A stretch of 64,000 nt of DNA from Eledone cirrhosa (Eukaryota). Positions 45,601 through 61,100 of the stretch are shown here, in pieces (positions within the stretch are counted from its first letter, which is position 1; each line of letters starts with the position of its first letter). Under the pieces are notes generated by a model. It was not told where the DNA came from, did not search any database, and saw nothing but the letters and a program-made list of their open reading frames with translations. Location of the stretch: the NCBI GenBank assembly GCA_964016885.1, contig OZ024755.1, positions 43,896,001 through 43,960,000 on the forward strand, given 5' to 3'. The translations under genes were made by a program, and so were the position numbers.

Positions 45601-48600
45601 GTACCAACATAAACTGTGTACCACAGTTGACAGTACCAACATATACTGTGTACCACAGTTGACAATACCAACATATACTGTGTACCACAGTTGACAGTAC
45701 CAACATATACTGTGTACCACAGTTGAAAGTACCAACGTATACTGTGTACCACAGTTGACAACACCAACATATACTGTGTACCACAGTTGACAGTACCAAC
45801 ATATACTGTATACCACAGTTGACAGTACCAACATATACTGTGTACCACAGTTGACAGTACCGACATATACTGTGTACCACAGTTGACAGTACCAACATAT
45901 ACTGTATACCACAGTTGACAGTACCAACATATACTGTGTACCACTGTTGACAGTACCAACATATACCGCGTACCACAGTTGACAGTACCAACATATACTG
46001 TGTACCACAGCTGACACTACCAACATATACTTGTACCTCAGTTGACAGTACTACCATATATTGTGTACCACCGTTGACAATACCAACGTATACTGTGTAC
46101 CACAGTTGACAGTACCAACGTATACTGTGCACCACAGTTTACAGTACCAAAATATACTGTGTACCACAGTTGACAATACCAACATATACTGTGTACCACA
46201 GTTGACAATACCAACACATATAGTGTACCACAGTTGACAGTACCAACGTATACTGTGTACCACAGTTGCCAATGCCAACATATACTGTGTACCACAGTTG
46301 AGAGTACCAACATATACTGTGTACCACAGTTGACAGTACCAACATATACAGTGTACCACAGTTGACAGTACCAACATATACTGTGTACCACAGTTGACAG
46401 TACCAATGTATACTGTGTACCACAGTTGACAGTACCAACATATACTGTGTACCACAGTTGACAGTACCAACATATACTGTGTACCATGGTTGACATTACC
46501 AACGTATATTGTGTTCCACAGTTGACAGTACCAACATGTACTGTGTACCACAGTTGACAGTACCAACGTATACTGTGTACCACAGTTGACAGTACCAACG
46601 TATACTGTGTACCACAGTTGACAGTACCAACATATAACGTGTACCACAGTTGGCAGTACCATCATATACTGTGTACCACAGTTGACAGTACCAACATATA
46701 TTGTGTACCACAGTTGACAGTACCAACATATACTGTGTACCATAGTTGACATTACCAACGTATATTGTGTACCACAGTTGACAATACCAACACATATAGT
46801 GTACCACAGTTGACAGTACCAACGTATATTGTGTACCACAGTTGCCAATGCCAACATATACTGTGTACCACAGTTGAGAGTACCAACATGTACCGTGTAC
46901 CACAGTTGACAGTACCAACGTATACTGTGTACCACAGTTGACAATACCAACATATACTGTGTACCACAGTTGACAGTACCAACATATACTGTGTACCACA
47001 GTTGAAAGTACCAACGTATACTGTGTACCACAGTTGACAACACCAACATATACTGTGTACCACAGTTGACAGTACCAACATATACTGTATACCACAGTTG
47101 ACAGTACCAACATATACTGTGTACCACAGTTGACAGTACCAACATATACTGTATACCACAGTTGACAGTACCAACATATACTGTGTACCACTGTTGACAG
47201 TACCAACATATACCGTGTACCACAGTTGACAGTACCAACATATACTGTGTACCACAGCTGACACTACCAACATATACTTGTACCTCAGTTGACAGTACTA
47301 CCATATATTGTGTACCACCGTTGACAATACCAACGTATACTGTGTACCACAGTTGACAGTACCAACGTATACTGTGCACCACAGTTGAGAGTACCAACAT
47401 ATACTGTGTACCACAGTTGACAATACCAACATATACTGTGTACCACAGTTGACAATACCAACACATATAGTGTGCCACAGTTGACAGTACCAACGTATAC
47501 TGTGTACCACAGTTGCCAATGCCAACATATACTGTGTACCACAGTTGAGAGTACCAACATATACTGTGTACCACAGTTGACAGTACCAACATATACTGTG
47601 TACCACAGTTGACAATACCAACATATACTGTGTACCACAGTTGACAGTACCAACATATACTGTGTACCCTAGTTGACATTACCAACGTATATTGTGTACC
47701 ACAGTTGACAGTACCAACATGTACTGTGTACCACAGTTGACAGTACCAACGTATACTGTGTACCACAGTTGACAGTACCAACGTATACTGTGTACCACAG
47801 TTGACAGTACCAACATATAACGTGTACCACAGTTGGCAGTACCATCATATACTGTGTACCACAGTTGACAGTACCAACATATATTGTGTACCACAGTTGA
47901 CAGTACCAACATATACTGTGTACCATAGTTGACATTACCAACGTATATTGTGTACCACAGTTGACAGTACCAACATACACCGTGTACAACAGTTGCAGGA
48001 CCAACATATACTGTGTACCACAGTTGCGAGTACCAACATAAACTGTGTACCACAGTTGACAGTACCAACATATACTGTGTACCACAGTTGACAGTACCAA
48101 CATATACTGTATACCACAGTTGACAGTACCAACATATACTGTGTACCACAGTTGACAGTACCAACATATACTGTGTACCACAGTTGACAGTACCAACATA
48201 TACTGTGTACCACAGTTGACAGTACTAACATATACTGTGTACTACAGTTGACAGTACCAACATATACTGTGTACCACAGTTGACAGTACCAACATGTACT
48301 GTGTACCACAGTTGACAGTACCAGCATATACTGTGTACCACAGTTGGCAGTACCAACATATACAGTGTACCACAGTTGACAGTACCAACATATACTGTGT
48401 ACCACATTTGACAGTACCAACATATACTGTGTACCACAGTTGACAGTACCAACATGTACCGTGAACCACATTTGACAGTACCAACATATACTGTGTACCA
48501 CAGTTGAGAGTACCAACGTATAGTGTGTACCACAGTTGACAGTACCATCATATACTGTGTACCACAGTTGACAGTACCAACATATATTGTGTACCACAGT

Positions 48601-49730
48601 TGACAGTACCAACATATACTGTGTACCATAGTTGACATTACCAACGTATATTGTGTACCACAGTTGACAATACCAACACATATAGTGTACCACAGTTGAC
48701 AGTACCAACGTATATTGTGTACCACAGTTGCCAATGCCAACATATACTGTGTACCACAGTTGAGAGTACCAACATGTACCGTGTACCACAGTTGACAGTA
48801 CCAACGTATACTGTGTACCACAGTTGACAATACCAACATATACTGTGTACCACAGTTGACAGTACCAACATATACTGTGTACCACAGTTGAAAGTACCAA
48901 CGTATACTGTGAACCACAGTTGACAACACCAACATATACTGTGTACCACAGTTGACAGTACCAACATATACTGTATACCACAGTTGACAGTACCAACATA
49001 TACTGTGTACCACAGTTGACAGTACCAACATATACTGTATACCACAGTTGACAGTACCAACATATACTGTGTACCACTGTTGACAGTACCAACATATACC
49101 GTGTACCACAGTTGACAGTACCAACATATACTGTGTACCACAGCTGACACTACCAACATATACTTGTACCTCAGTTGACAGTACTACCATATATTGTGTA
49201 CCACCGTTGACAATACCAACGTATACTGTGTACCACAGTTGACAGTACCAACGTATACTGTGCACCATAGTTGACAGTACCAACATATACTGTGTACCAC
49301 AGTTGACAATACCAACATATACTGTGTACCATAGTTGACAATACCAACACATATAGTGTACCACAGTTGACAGTACCAACGTATACTGTGTACCACAGTT
49401 GCCAATGCCAACATATACTGTGTACCACAGTTGAGAATACCAACATATACTGTGTACCACAGTTGACAGTACCAACATATACTGTGTACCACAGTTGACA
49501 ATACCAACATATACTGTGTACCACAGTTGACAGTACCAACATATACTGTGTACCCTAGTTGACATTACCAACGTATATTGTGTACCACAGTTGACAGTAC
49601 CAACATGTACTGTGTACCACAGTTGACAGTACCAACGTATACTGTGTACCACAGTTGACAGTACCAACGTATACTGTGTACCACAGTTGACAGTACCAAC
49701 ATATAACGTGTACCACAGTTGAGAGTACCA
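30685..49730. repeat. ~9.5-kb tandem higher-order duplication (30685-40172 and 40173-49730; offset 9488, stepping to 9520 and 9552)
   Basis: GACAGAACC at 30713/40201. ORF twins 30872..31972/40360..41460 and 35889..36647/45377..46135 (9488), 36976/46496 (9520), 39619/49171 (9552). 9488 = 297x32-16, matching the 16 bp of deletions inside the unit. Confidence 0.93.
35320..35830. repeat. 256-bp (8-monomer) local tandem duplication, copied again at ~44810-45320
   Basis: GGGTACCACATTTGACACT at 35328 and 35584; TTTGTACCACGG at 35551 and 35807. Confidence 0.8.
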
Positions 49731-51040
49731 ACATGTACTGTGTACCACAGTTGACAGTAGCAACATATACTGTGTACCACAGTTGGCAGTACCAACATAT
49801 ACAGTGTACCACAGTTGACAGTACCAACATATACTGTGTACCACATTTGACAGTACCAACATATACTGTGTACCACAGTTGACAGTACCAACATGTACCG
49901 TGAACCACATTTGACAGTACCAACATATACTGTGTACCACAGTTGAGAGTACCAACGTATAGTGTGTACCACAGTTGACAGTACCATCATATACTGTGTA
50001 CCACAGTTGACAGTACCAACATATATTGTGTACCACAGTTGACAGTACCAACATATACTGTGTACCATAGTTGACATTACCAACGTATATTGTGTACCAC
50101 AGTTGACAATACCAACACATATAGTGTACCACAGTTGACAGTACCAACGTATATTGTGTACCACAGTTGCCAATGCCAACATATACTGTGTACCACAGTT
50201 GAGAGTACCAACATGTACCGTGTACCACAGTTGACAGTACCAACGTATACTGTGTACCACAGTTGACAATACCAACATATACTGTGTACCACAGTTGACA
50301 GTACCAACATATACTGTGTACCACAGTTGAAAGTACCAACGTATACTGTGAACCACAGTTGACAACACCAACATATACTGTGTACCACAGTTGACAGTAC
50401 CAACATATACTGTATACCACAGTTGACAGTACCAACATATACTGTGTACCACAGTTGACAGTACCAACATATACTGTATACCACAGTTGACAGTACCAAC
50501 ATATACTGTGTACCACTGTTGACAGTACCAACATATACCGTGTACCACAGTTGACAGTACCAACATATACTGTGTACCACAGCTGACACTACCAACATAT
50601 ACTTGTACCTCAGTTGACAGTACTACCATATATTGTGTACCACCGTTGACAATACCAACGTATACTGTGTACCACAGTTGACAGTACCAACGTATACTGT
50701 GCACCACAGTTGACAGTACCAACATATACTGTGTACCACAGTTGACAATACCAACATATACTGTGTACCATAGTTGACAATACCAACACATATAGTGTAC
50801 CACAGTTGACAGTACCAACGTATACTGTGTACCACAGTTGCCAATGCCAACATATACTGTGTACCACAGTTGAGAATACCAACATATACTGTGTACCACA
50901 GTTGACAGTACCAACATATACTGTGTACCACAGTTGACAATACCAACATATACTGTGTACCACAGTTGACAGTACCAACATATACTGTGTACCCTAGTTG
51001 ACATTACCAACGTATATTGTGTACCACAGTTGACAGTACC
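48300..51040. repeat. 1439-bp (45-monomer, one of them 31 bp) tandem duplication
   Basis: ORF twins 48638..49159/50077..50598 and 49171..49542/50610..50981; 1439 = 45x32-1. Boundaries approximate. Confidence 0.85.
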
Positions 51041-52479
51041 AACATACACCGTGTACAACAGTTGCAGGACCAACATATAATGTGTACCACAGTTGCGAGT
51101 ACCAACATAAACTGTGTACCACAGTTGACAGTACCAACATATACTGTGTACCACAGTTGACAGTACCAACATATACTGTATACCACAGTTGACAGTACCA
51201 ACATATACTGTGTACCACAGTTGACAGTACCAACATATACTGTGTACCACAGTTGACAGTACCAACATATACTGTGTACCACAGTTGACAGTACTAACAT
51301 ATACTGTGTACTACAGTTGACAGTACCAACATATACTGTGTACCACAGTTGACAGTACCAACATGTACTGTGTACCACAGTTGACAGTACCAACATATAC
51401 TGTGTACCACAGTTGGCAGTACCAACATATACAGTGTACCACAGTTGACAGTACCAACATATACTGTGTACCACATTTGACAGTACCAACATATACTGTG
51501 TACCACAGTTGACAGTACCAACATGTACCGTGAACCACATTTGACAGTACCAACATATACTGTGTACCACAGTTGAGAGTACCAACGTATAGTGTGTACC
51601 ACAGTTGACAGTACCAACATATACTGTGTACCACAGTTGACAGTACCAACATATACTGTGTACCACAGTTCACAGTACCAAAGTATACAGTGTACCACAT
51701 TTGACAGTACCAACATATACTGTGTACCACAGTTGACAGTACCAACATATACTGTGTACCACTGTTGACAGTACCAACATATACCGTGTACCACATTTGA
51801 CAGTACCAACATATACTGTGTACCACTGTTGACAGTACCAACATATACTGTGTACCACAGTTGACAGTACCAACATGTACCGTGTACCACAGTTGACAGT
51901 ACCAACGTATACTGTGTACCACAGTTGACAATACCAACATATACTGTGTACCACAGTTGACAGTACCAACATATACTGTGTACCACAGTTGACAGTACCA
52001 ACGTATACTGTGTACCACAGTTGACAGTACCAACGTATACTGGGTACCACATTTGACAGTACCAACATATACTGTGTACCACAGTTGACAGTACCAACGT
52101 ATACTGTGTACCACAATTGACGATACCAACATATACTGTGTACCACAGTTGACAGTACCAACATATACTGTATACCACAGTTGACAGTACCGACATATAC
52201 TGTGTACCACAGTTGACAATACCAACATATAATTTGTACCACGGTTGACAGTACCAATGTATACTGTGTACCACAGTTGACAGTACCAACATATACTGTG
52301 TACCACAGTTGACAGTACCAACATATACTGTGTACCATAGTTGACATTACCAACGTATATTGTGTTCCACAGTTGACAGTACCAACATGTACTGTGTACC
52401 ACAGTTGGCAGTACCATCATATACTGTGTACCACAGTTGACAGTACCAACATATATTGTGTACCACAGTTGACAGTACC

Positions 52480-55400
52480 AACATATACTGTGTACCATAG
52501 TTGACATTACCAACGTATATTGTGTACCACAGTTGACAGTACCAACATATCCTGTGTACCTCAGTTGACAGTACCAACATATACTGTATACCACAGTTGA
52601 CAGTACCAACATATAATGTGTACCACTGTTGACAGTACCAATATATACCGTGTACCACAGTTGACAGTACCAACATATACTCTGTACCACAGCTGACACT
52701 ACCAACATATACTTGTACCTCAGTTGACAGTACTACCATATATTGTGTACCACCGTTGACAATACCAACGTATACTGTGTACCACAGTTGACAGTACCAA
52801 CGTATACTGTGCACCACAGTTGACAGTACCGACATATACTGTGTACCACAGTTGACAATACCAACATATACTTTGTACCACGGTTGACAGTACCAACGTA
52901 TACTGTGTACCACTGTTGACAATATGAAAATATACTGTGTACCACAGTTGACATTACCAACATATACAGTGTACCACAGTTGACAGTAGCAACATATACT
53001 GTGTACCACAGTTGACAGTACCAACATATACTGTGTATCACAGTTGACAATACCAAAATATACTGTGTACCATAGTTGATAGTACCAACGTATATTGTGT
53101 ACCACAGTTAAGAGTACCAACATACACCGTGTACGACAGTAAAAACATATACTGTGTACCACAGTTGAATGTACCAGAGTATAGTGTGTACCACACTTGA
53201 CAGTCCCAACATATTCTGTATACCACAGTTGACAGTACCAACATATACAGTGTACCACTGTTGACAGTACCAACATATACCGTGTACCACAGTTGACAGT
53301 ACCAACATATACTGTGTACCACAGTTGAGACTACCAACATATACTGGGTACGACTGTTGACAGTAACAACATATACTATGTACCACAGTTGACAGTACCA
53401 ACATATACTGTGTACCACAGTTGACAGTACCAACCTATACTGTGTACCACAGTTGACAGTACCAACGTATACTGGGTACCACATTTGACACTACCAACAT
53501 ATACTGTGTACCACAGTTGACAGTACCAACGTATACTGTGTACCACAGTTGACGATACCAACATATACTGTGTACCACAGTTGACAGTACCAACATATAC
53601 TGTATACCACAGTTGACAGTACCGACATATACTGTGTACCACAGGTGACAATACCAACATATACTTTGTACCACGGTTGACAGTACCAACGTATACTGTG
53701 TACCACTGTTGACAATATCAACATATACTGTGTACCACAGCTGACATTACCAACATATACAGTGTACCACAGTTGACAGTAGCAACATATACTGTGTACC
53801 ACAGTTGACAGTACCAACATATACTGTGTACCACAGTTGACAGTACCAACATATACTGTGTACCATAGTTGATAGTACCAACGTATATTGTGTACCAAAG
53901 TTGAGAGTACCAACATACACCGTGTACGACAGTTGACAGTAAAAACATATACTGTGTACCACAGTTGAGAGTACCAACATAAACTGTTTACCACAGTTGA
54001 CAGTACCAACATATACTGTGTACCACAGTTGACAATACCAACATATACTGTGTACCACAGTTGACAGTACCAACATATACTGTGTACCACAGTTGAAAGT
54101 ACCAACGTATACTGTGTACCACAGTTGACAACACCAACATATACTGTGTACCACAGTTGACAGTACCAACATATACTGTATACCACAGTTGACAGTACCA
54201 ACATATACTGTGTACCACAGTTGACAGTACCGACATATACTGTGTACCACAGTTGACAGTACCAACATATACTGTATACCACAGTTGACAGTACCAACAT
54301 ATACTGTGTACCACTGTTGACAGTACCAACATATACCGTGTACCACAGTTGACAGTACCAACATATACTGTGTACCACAGCTGATACTACCAACATATAC
54401 TTGTACCTCAGTTGACAGTACTACCATATATTGTGTACCACCGTTGACAATACCAACGTATACTGTGTACCACAGTTGACAGTACCAACGTATACTGTGC
54501 ACCACAGTTTACAGTACCAAAATATACTGTGTACCACAGTTGACAATACCAACATATACTGTGTACCACAGTTGACAATACCAACACATATAGTGTACCA
54601 CAGTTGACAGTACCAACGTATACTGTGTACCACAGTTGCCAATGCCAACATATACTGTGTACCACAGTTGAGAGTACCAACATATACTGTGTACCACAGT
54701 TGACAGTACCAACATATACAGTGTACCACAGTTGACAGTACCAACATATACTGTGTACCACATTTGACAGTACCAATGTATACTGTGTACCACAGTTGAC
54801 AGTACCAACATATACTGTGTACCACAGTTGACAGTACCAACATATACTGTGTACCATGGTTGACATTACCAACGTATATTGTGTTCCACAGTTGACAGTA
54901 CCAACATGTACTGTGTACCACAGTTGACAGTACCAACGTATACTGTGTACGACAGTTGACAGTACCAACGTATACTGTGTACCACAGTTGACAGTACCAA
55001 CATATAACGTGTACCACAGTTGGCAGTACCATCATATACTGTGTACCACAGTTGACAGTACCAACATATATTGTGTACCACAGTTGACAGTACCAACATA
55101 TACTGTGTACCATAGTTGACATTACCAACGTATATTGTGTACCACAGTTGACAATACCAACACATATAGTGTACCACAGTTGACAGTACCAACGTATATT
55201 GTGTACCACAGTTGCCAATGCCAACATATACTGTGTACCACAGTTGAGAGTACCAACATGTACCGTGTACCACAGTTGACAGTACCAACGTATACTGTGT
55301 ACCACAGTTGACAATACCAACATATACTGTGTACCACAGTTGACAGTACCAACATATACTGTGTACCACAGTTGAAAGTACCAACGTATACTGTGTACCA

Positions 55401-57250
55401 CAGTTGACAACACCAACATATACTGTGTACCACAGTTGACAGTACCAACATATACTGTATACCACAGTTGACAGTACCAACATATACTGTGTACCACAGT
55501 TGACAGTACCAACATATACTGTATACCACAGTTGACAGTACCAACATATACTGTGTACCACTGTTGACAGTACCAACATATACCGTGTACCACAGTTGAC
55601 AGTACCAACATATACTGTGTACCACAGCTGACACTACCAACATATACTTGTACCTCAGTTGACAGTACTACCATATATTGTGTACCACCGTTGACAATAC
55701 CAACGTATACTGTGTACCACAGTTGACAGTACCAACGTATACTGTGCACCACAGTTGACAGTACCAACATATACTGTGTACCACAGTTGACAATACCAAC
55801 ATATACTGTGTACCACAGTTGACAATACCAACACATATAGTGTACCACAGTTGACAGTACCAACGTATACTGTGTACCACAGTTGCCAATGCCAACATAT
55901 ACTGTGTACCACAGTTGAGAGTACCAACATATACTGTGTACCACAGTTGACAGTACCAACATATACTGTGTACCACAGTTGACAATACCAACATATACTG
56001 TGTACCACAGTTGACAGTACCAACATATACTGTGTACCCTAGTTGACATTACCAACGTATATTGTGTACCACAGTTGACAGTACCAACATGTACTGTGTA
56101 CCACAGTTGAGAGTACCAACGTATACTGTGTACCACAGTTGACAGTACCAACGTATACTGTGTACCACAGTTGACAGTACCAACATATAACGTGTACCAC
56201 AGTTGGCAGTACCAACATATATTGTGTACCACAGTTGACAGTACCAACATATACTGTGTACCATAGTTGACATTACCAACGTATATTGTGTACCACAGTT
56301 GACAGTACCAACATACACCGTGTACAACAGTTGCAGGACCAACATATACTGTGTACCACAGTTGCGAGTACCAACATAAACTGTGTACCACAGTTGACAG
56401 TACCAACATATACTGTATACCACAGTTGACAGTACCAACATATACTGTGTACCACAGTTGACAGTACCAACATATACTGTGTACCACAGTTGACAGTACC
56501 AACATATACTGTGTACCACAGTTGACAGTACTAACATATACTGTGTACTACAGTTGACAGTACCAACATATACTGTGTACCACAGTTGACAGTACCAACA
56601 TGTACTGTGTACCACAGTTGACAGTACCAACATATACTGTGTACCACAGTTGGCAGTACCAACATATACAGTGTACCACAGTTGACAGTACCAACATATA
56701 CTGTGTACCACATTTGACAGTACCAACATATACTGTGTACCACAGTTGACAGTAGCAACATGTACCGTGAACCACATTTGACAGTACCAACATATACTGT
56801 GTACCACAGTTGAGAGTACCAACGTATAGTGTGTACCACAGTTGACAGTACCATCATATACTGTGTACCACAGTTGACAGTACCAACATATATTGTGTAC
56901 CACAGTTGACAGTACCAACATATACTGTGTACCATAGTTGACATTACCAACGTATATTGTGTACCACAGTTGACAATACCAACACATATAGTGTACCACA
57001 GTTGACAGTACCAACGTATATTGTGTACCACAGTTGCCAATGCCAACATATACTGTGTACCACAGTTGAGAGTACCAACATGTACCGTGTACCACAGTTG
57101 ACAGTACCAACGTATACTGTGTACCAGAGTTGACAATACCAACATATACTGTGTACCACAGTTGACAGTACCAACATATACTGTGTACCACAGTTGAATG
57201 TACCAACGTATACTGTGTACCACAGTTGACAACACCAACATATACTGTGT
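52480..57250. repeat. Third, partial copy of the ~9.5-kb unit (offset 8658, then 8370, from the second copy)
   Basis: ORF twins 44380..44826/53038..53484, 45377..46135/53747..54505 and 47285..47656/55655..56026. Shares the 7-bp deletion at ~53135. Boundaries approximate. Confidence 0.82.
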
Positions 57251-58199
57251 ACCACAGTTGAGAGTACCAACATATACTGTGTACCACAGTTGACAGTACC
57301 AACATATACTGTGTACCACAGTTGACAATACCAACATATACTGTGTACCACAGTTGACAGTACCAACATATACTGTGTACCCTAGTTGACATTACCAACG
57401 TATATTGTGTACCACAGTTGACAGTACCAACATGTACTGTGTACCACAGTTGACAGTACCAACGTATACTGTGTACCACAGTTGACAGTACCAACGTATA
57501 CTGTGTACCACAGTTGACAGTACCAACATATAACGTGTACCACAGTTGGCAGTACCATCATATACTGTGTACCACAGTTGACAGTACCAACATATATTGT
57601 GTACCACAGTTGACAGTACCAACATATACTGTGTACCATAGTTGACATTACCAACGTATATTGTGTACCACAGTTGACAGTACCAACATACACCGTGTAC
57701 AACAGTTGCAGGACCAACATATACTGTGTACCACAGTTGCGAGTACCAACATAAACTGTGTACCACAGTTGACAGTACCAACATATACTGTGTACCACAG
57801 TTGACAGTACCAACATATACTGTGTACCACAGTTGACAGTACTAACATATACTGTGTACTACAGTTGACAGTACCAACATATACTGTGTACCACAGTTGA
57901 CAGTACCAACATGTACTGTGTGCCACAGTTGACAGTACCAACATATACTGTGTACCACAGTTGGCAGTACCAACATATACAGTGTACCACAGTTGACAGT
58001 ACCAACATATACTGTGTACCACATTTGACAGTACCAACATATACTGTGTACCACAGTTGACAGTACCAACATGTACCGTGAACCACATTTGACAGTACCA
58101 ACATATACTGTGTACCACAGTTGAGAGTACCAACGTATAGTGTGTACCACAGTTGACAGTACCAACATATACTGTGTACCACAGTTGACAGTACCAACA

Positions 58200-61100
58200 T
58201 ATACTGTGTACCACAGTTCACAGTACCAAAGTATACAGTGTACCACATTTGACAGTACCAACATATTCTGTGTACCACAGTTGACAGTACCAACATATAC
58301 TGTGTACCACTGTTGACAGTACCAACATATACCGTGTACCACATTTGACAGTACCAACATATACTGTGTACCACTGTTGACAGTACCAACATATACTGTG
58401 TACCACAGTTGACAGTACCAACATGTACCGTGTACCACAGTTGACAGTACCAACGTATACTGTGTACCACAGTTGACAATACCAACATATACTGTGTACC
58501 ACAGTTGACAGTACCAACATATACTGTGTACCACAGTTGACAGTACCAACGTATACTGTTTATCACAGTTGACAGTACCAACGTATACTGGGTACCACAT
58601 TTGACAGTACCAACATATACTGTGTACCACAGTTGACAGTACCAACGTATACTGTGTACCACAATTGACGATACCAACATATACTGTGTACCACAGTTGA
58701 CAGTACCAACATATACTGTATACCACAGTTGACAGTACCGACATATACTGTGTACCACAGTTGACAATACCAACATATACTTTGTACCACGGTTGACAGT
58801 ACCAATGTATACTGTGTACCACAGTTGACAGTACCAACATATACTGTGTACCACAGTTGACAGTACCAACATATACTGTGTACCATAGTTGACATTACCA
58901 ACGTATATTGTGTTCCACAGTTGACAGTACCAACATGTACTGTGTACCACATTTGACAGTACCAACGTATACTGTGTACCACAGTTGACAGTACCAACGT
59001 ATACTGTGTACCACAGTTGACAGTACCAACATATACTGTGTACCACAGTTCACAGTACCAAAGTATACAGTGTACCACATTTGACAGTACCAACATATTC
59101 TGTGTACCACAGTTGACAGTACCAACATATACTGTGTACCACTGTTGACAGTACCAACATATACCGTGTACCACATTTGACAGTACCAACATATACTGTG
59201 TACCACTGTTGACAGTACCAACATATACTGTGTACCACAGTTGACAGTACCAACATGTACCGTGTACCACAGTTGACAGTACCAACGTATACTGTGTACC
59301 ACAGTTGACAATACCAACATATACTGTGTACCACAGTTGACAGTACCAACATATACTGTGTACCACAGTTGACAGTACCAACGTATACTGTTTATCACAG
59401 TTGACAGTACCAACGTATACTGGGTACCACATTTGACAGTACCAACATATACTGTGTACCACAGTTGACAGTACCAACGTATACTGTGTACCACAATTGA
59501 CGATACCAACATATACTGTGTACCACAGTTGACAGTACCAACATATACTGTATACCACAGTTGACAGTACCGACATATACTGTGTACCACAGTTGACAAT
59601 ACCAACATATACTTTGTACCACGGTTGACAGTACCAATGTATACTGTGTACCACAGTTGACAGTACCAACATATACTGTGTACCACAGTTGACAGTACCA
59701 ACATATACTGTGTACCATAGTTGACATTACCAACGTATATTGTGTTCCACAGTTGACAGTACCAACATGTACTGTGTACCACATTTGACAGTACCAACGT
59801 ATACTGTGTACCACAGTTGACAGTACCAACGTATACTGTGCACCACAGTTGACAGTACCAACATATAACGTGTACCACAGTTGGCAGTACCATCATATAC
59901 TGTGTACCACAGTTGACAGTACCAACATATATTGTGTACCACAGTTGACAGTACCAACATATACTGTGTACCATAGTTGACATTACCAACGTATATTGTG
60001 TACCACAGTTGACAGTACCAACATATCCTGTGTACCTCAGTTGACAGTACCAACATATACTGTATACCACAGTTGACAGTACCAACATATAATGTGTACC
60101 ACTGTTGACAGTACCAATATATACCGTGTACCACAGTTCACAGTACCAAAGTATACAGTGTACCACATTTGACAGTACAAACATATACTGTGTACCACAG
60201 TTGACAGTACCAACATATACTGTGTACCACTGTTGACAGTACCAACATATACTCTGTACCACAGCTGACACTACCAACATATACTTGTACCTCAGTTGAC
60301 AGTACTACCATATATTGTGTACCACCGTTGACAATACCAACGTATACTGTGTACCACAGTTGACAGTACCAACGTATACTGTGCACCACAGTTGACAGTA
60401 CCGACATATACTGTGTACCACAGTTGACAATACCAACATATACTTTGTACCACGGTTGACAGTACCAACGTATACTGTGTACCACTGTTGACAATATCAA
60501 CATATACTGTGTACCACAGTTGACAGTACCAACATGTACCGTGTACCACAGTTCACAGTACCAAAGTATACAGTGTACCACATTTGACAGTACCAACATA
60601 TTCTGTGTACCACAGTTGACAGTACCAACATATACTGTGTACCACTGTTGACAGTACCAACATATACCGTGTACCACATTTGACAGTACCAACATATACT
60701 GTGTACCACTGTTGACAGTACCAACATATACTGTGTACCACAGTTGACAGTACCAACATGTACCGTGTACCACAGTTGACAGTCCCAACGTATACTGTGT
60801 ACCACAGTTGACAATACCAACATATACTGTGTACCACAGTTGACAGTACCAACATATACTGTGTACCACAGTTGACAGTACCAACGTATACTGTTTATCA
60901 CAGTTGACAGTACCAACGTATACTGGGTACCACATTTGACAGTACCAACATATACTGTGTACCACAGTTGACAGTACCAACGTATACTGTGTACCACAAT
61001 TGACGATACCAACATATACTGTGTACCACAGTTGACAGTACCAACATATACTGTATACCACAGTTGACAGTACCGACATATACTGTGTACCACAGTTGAC

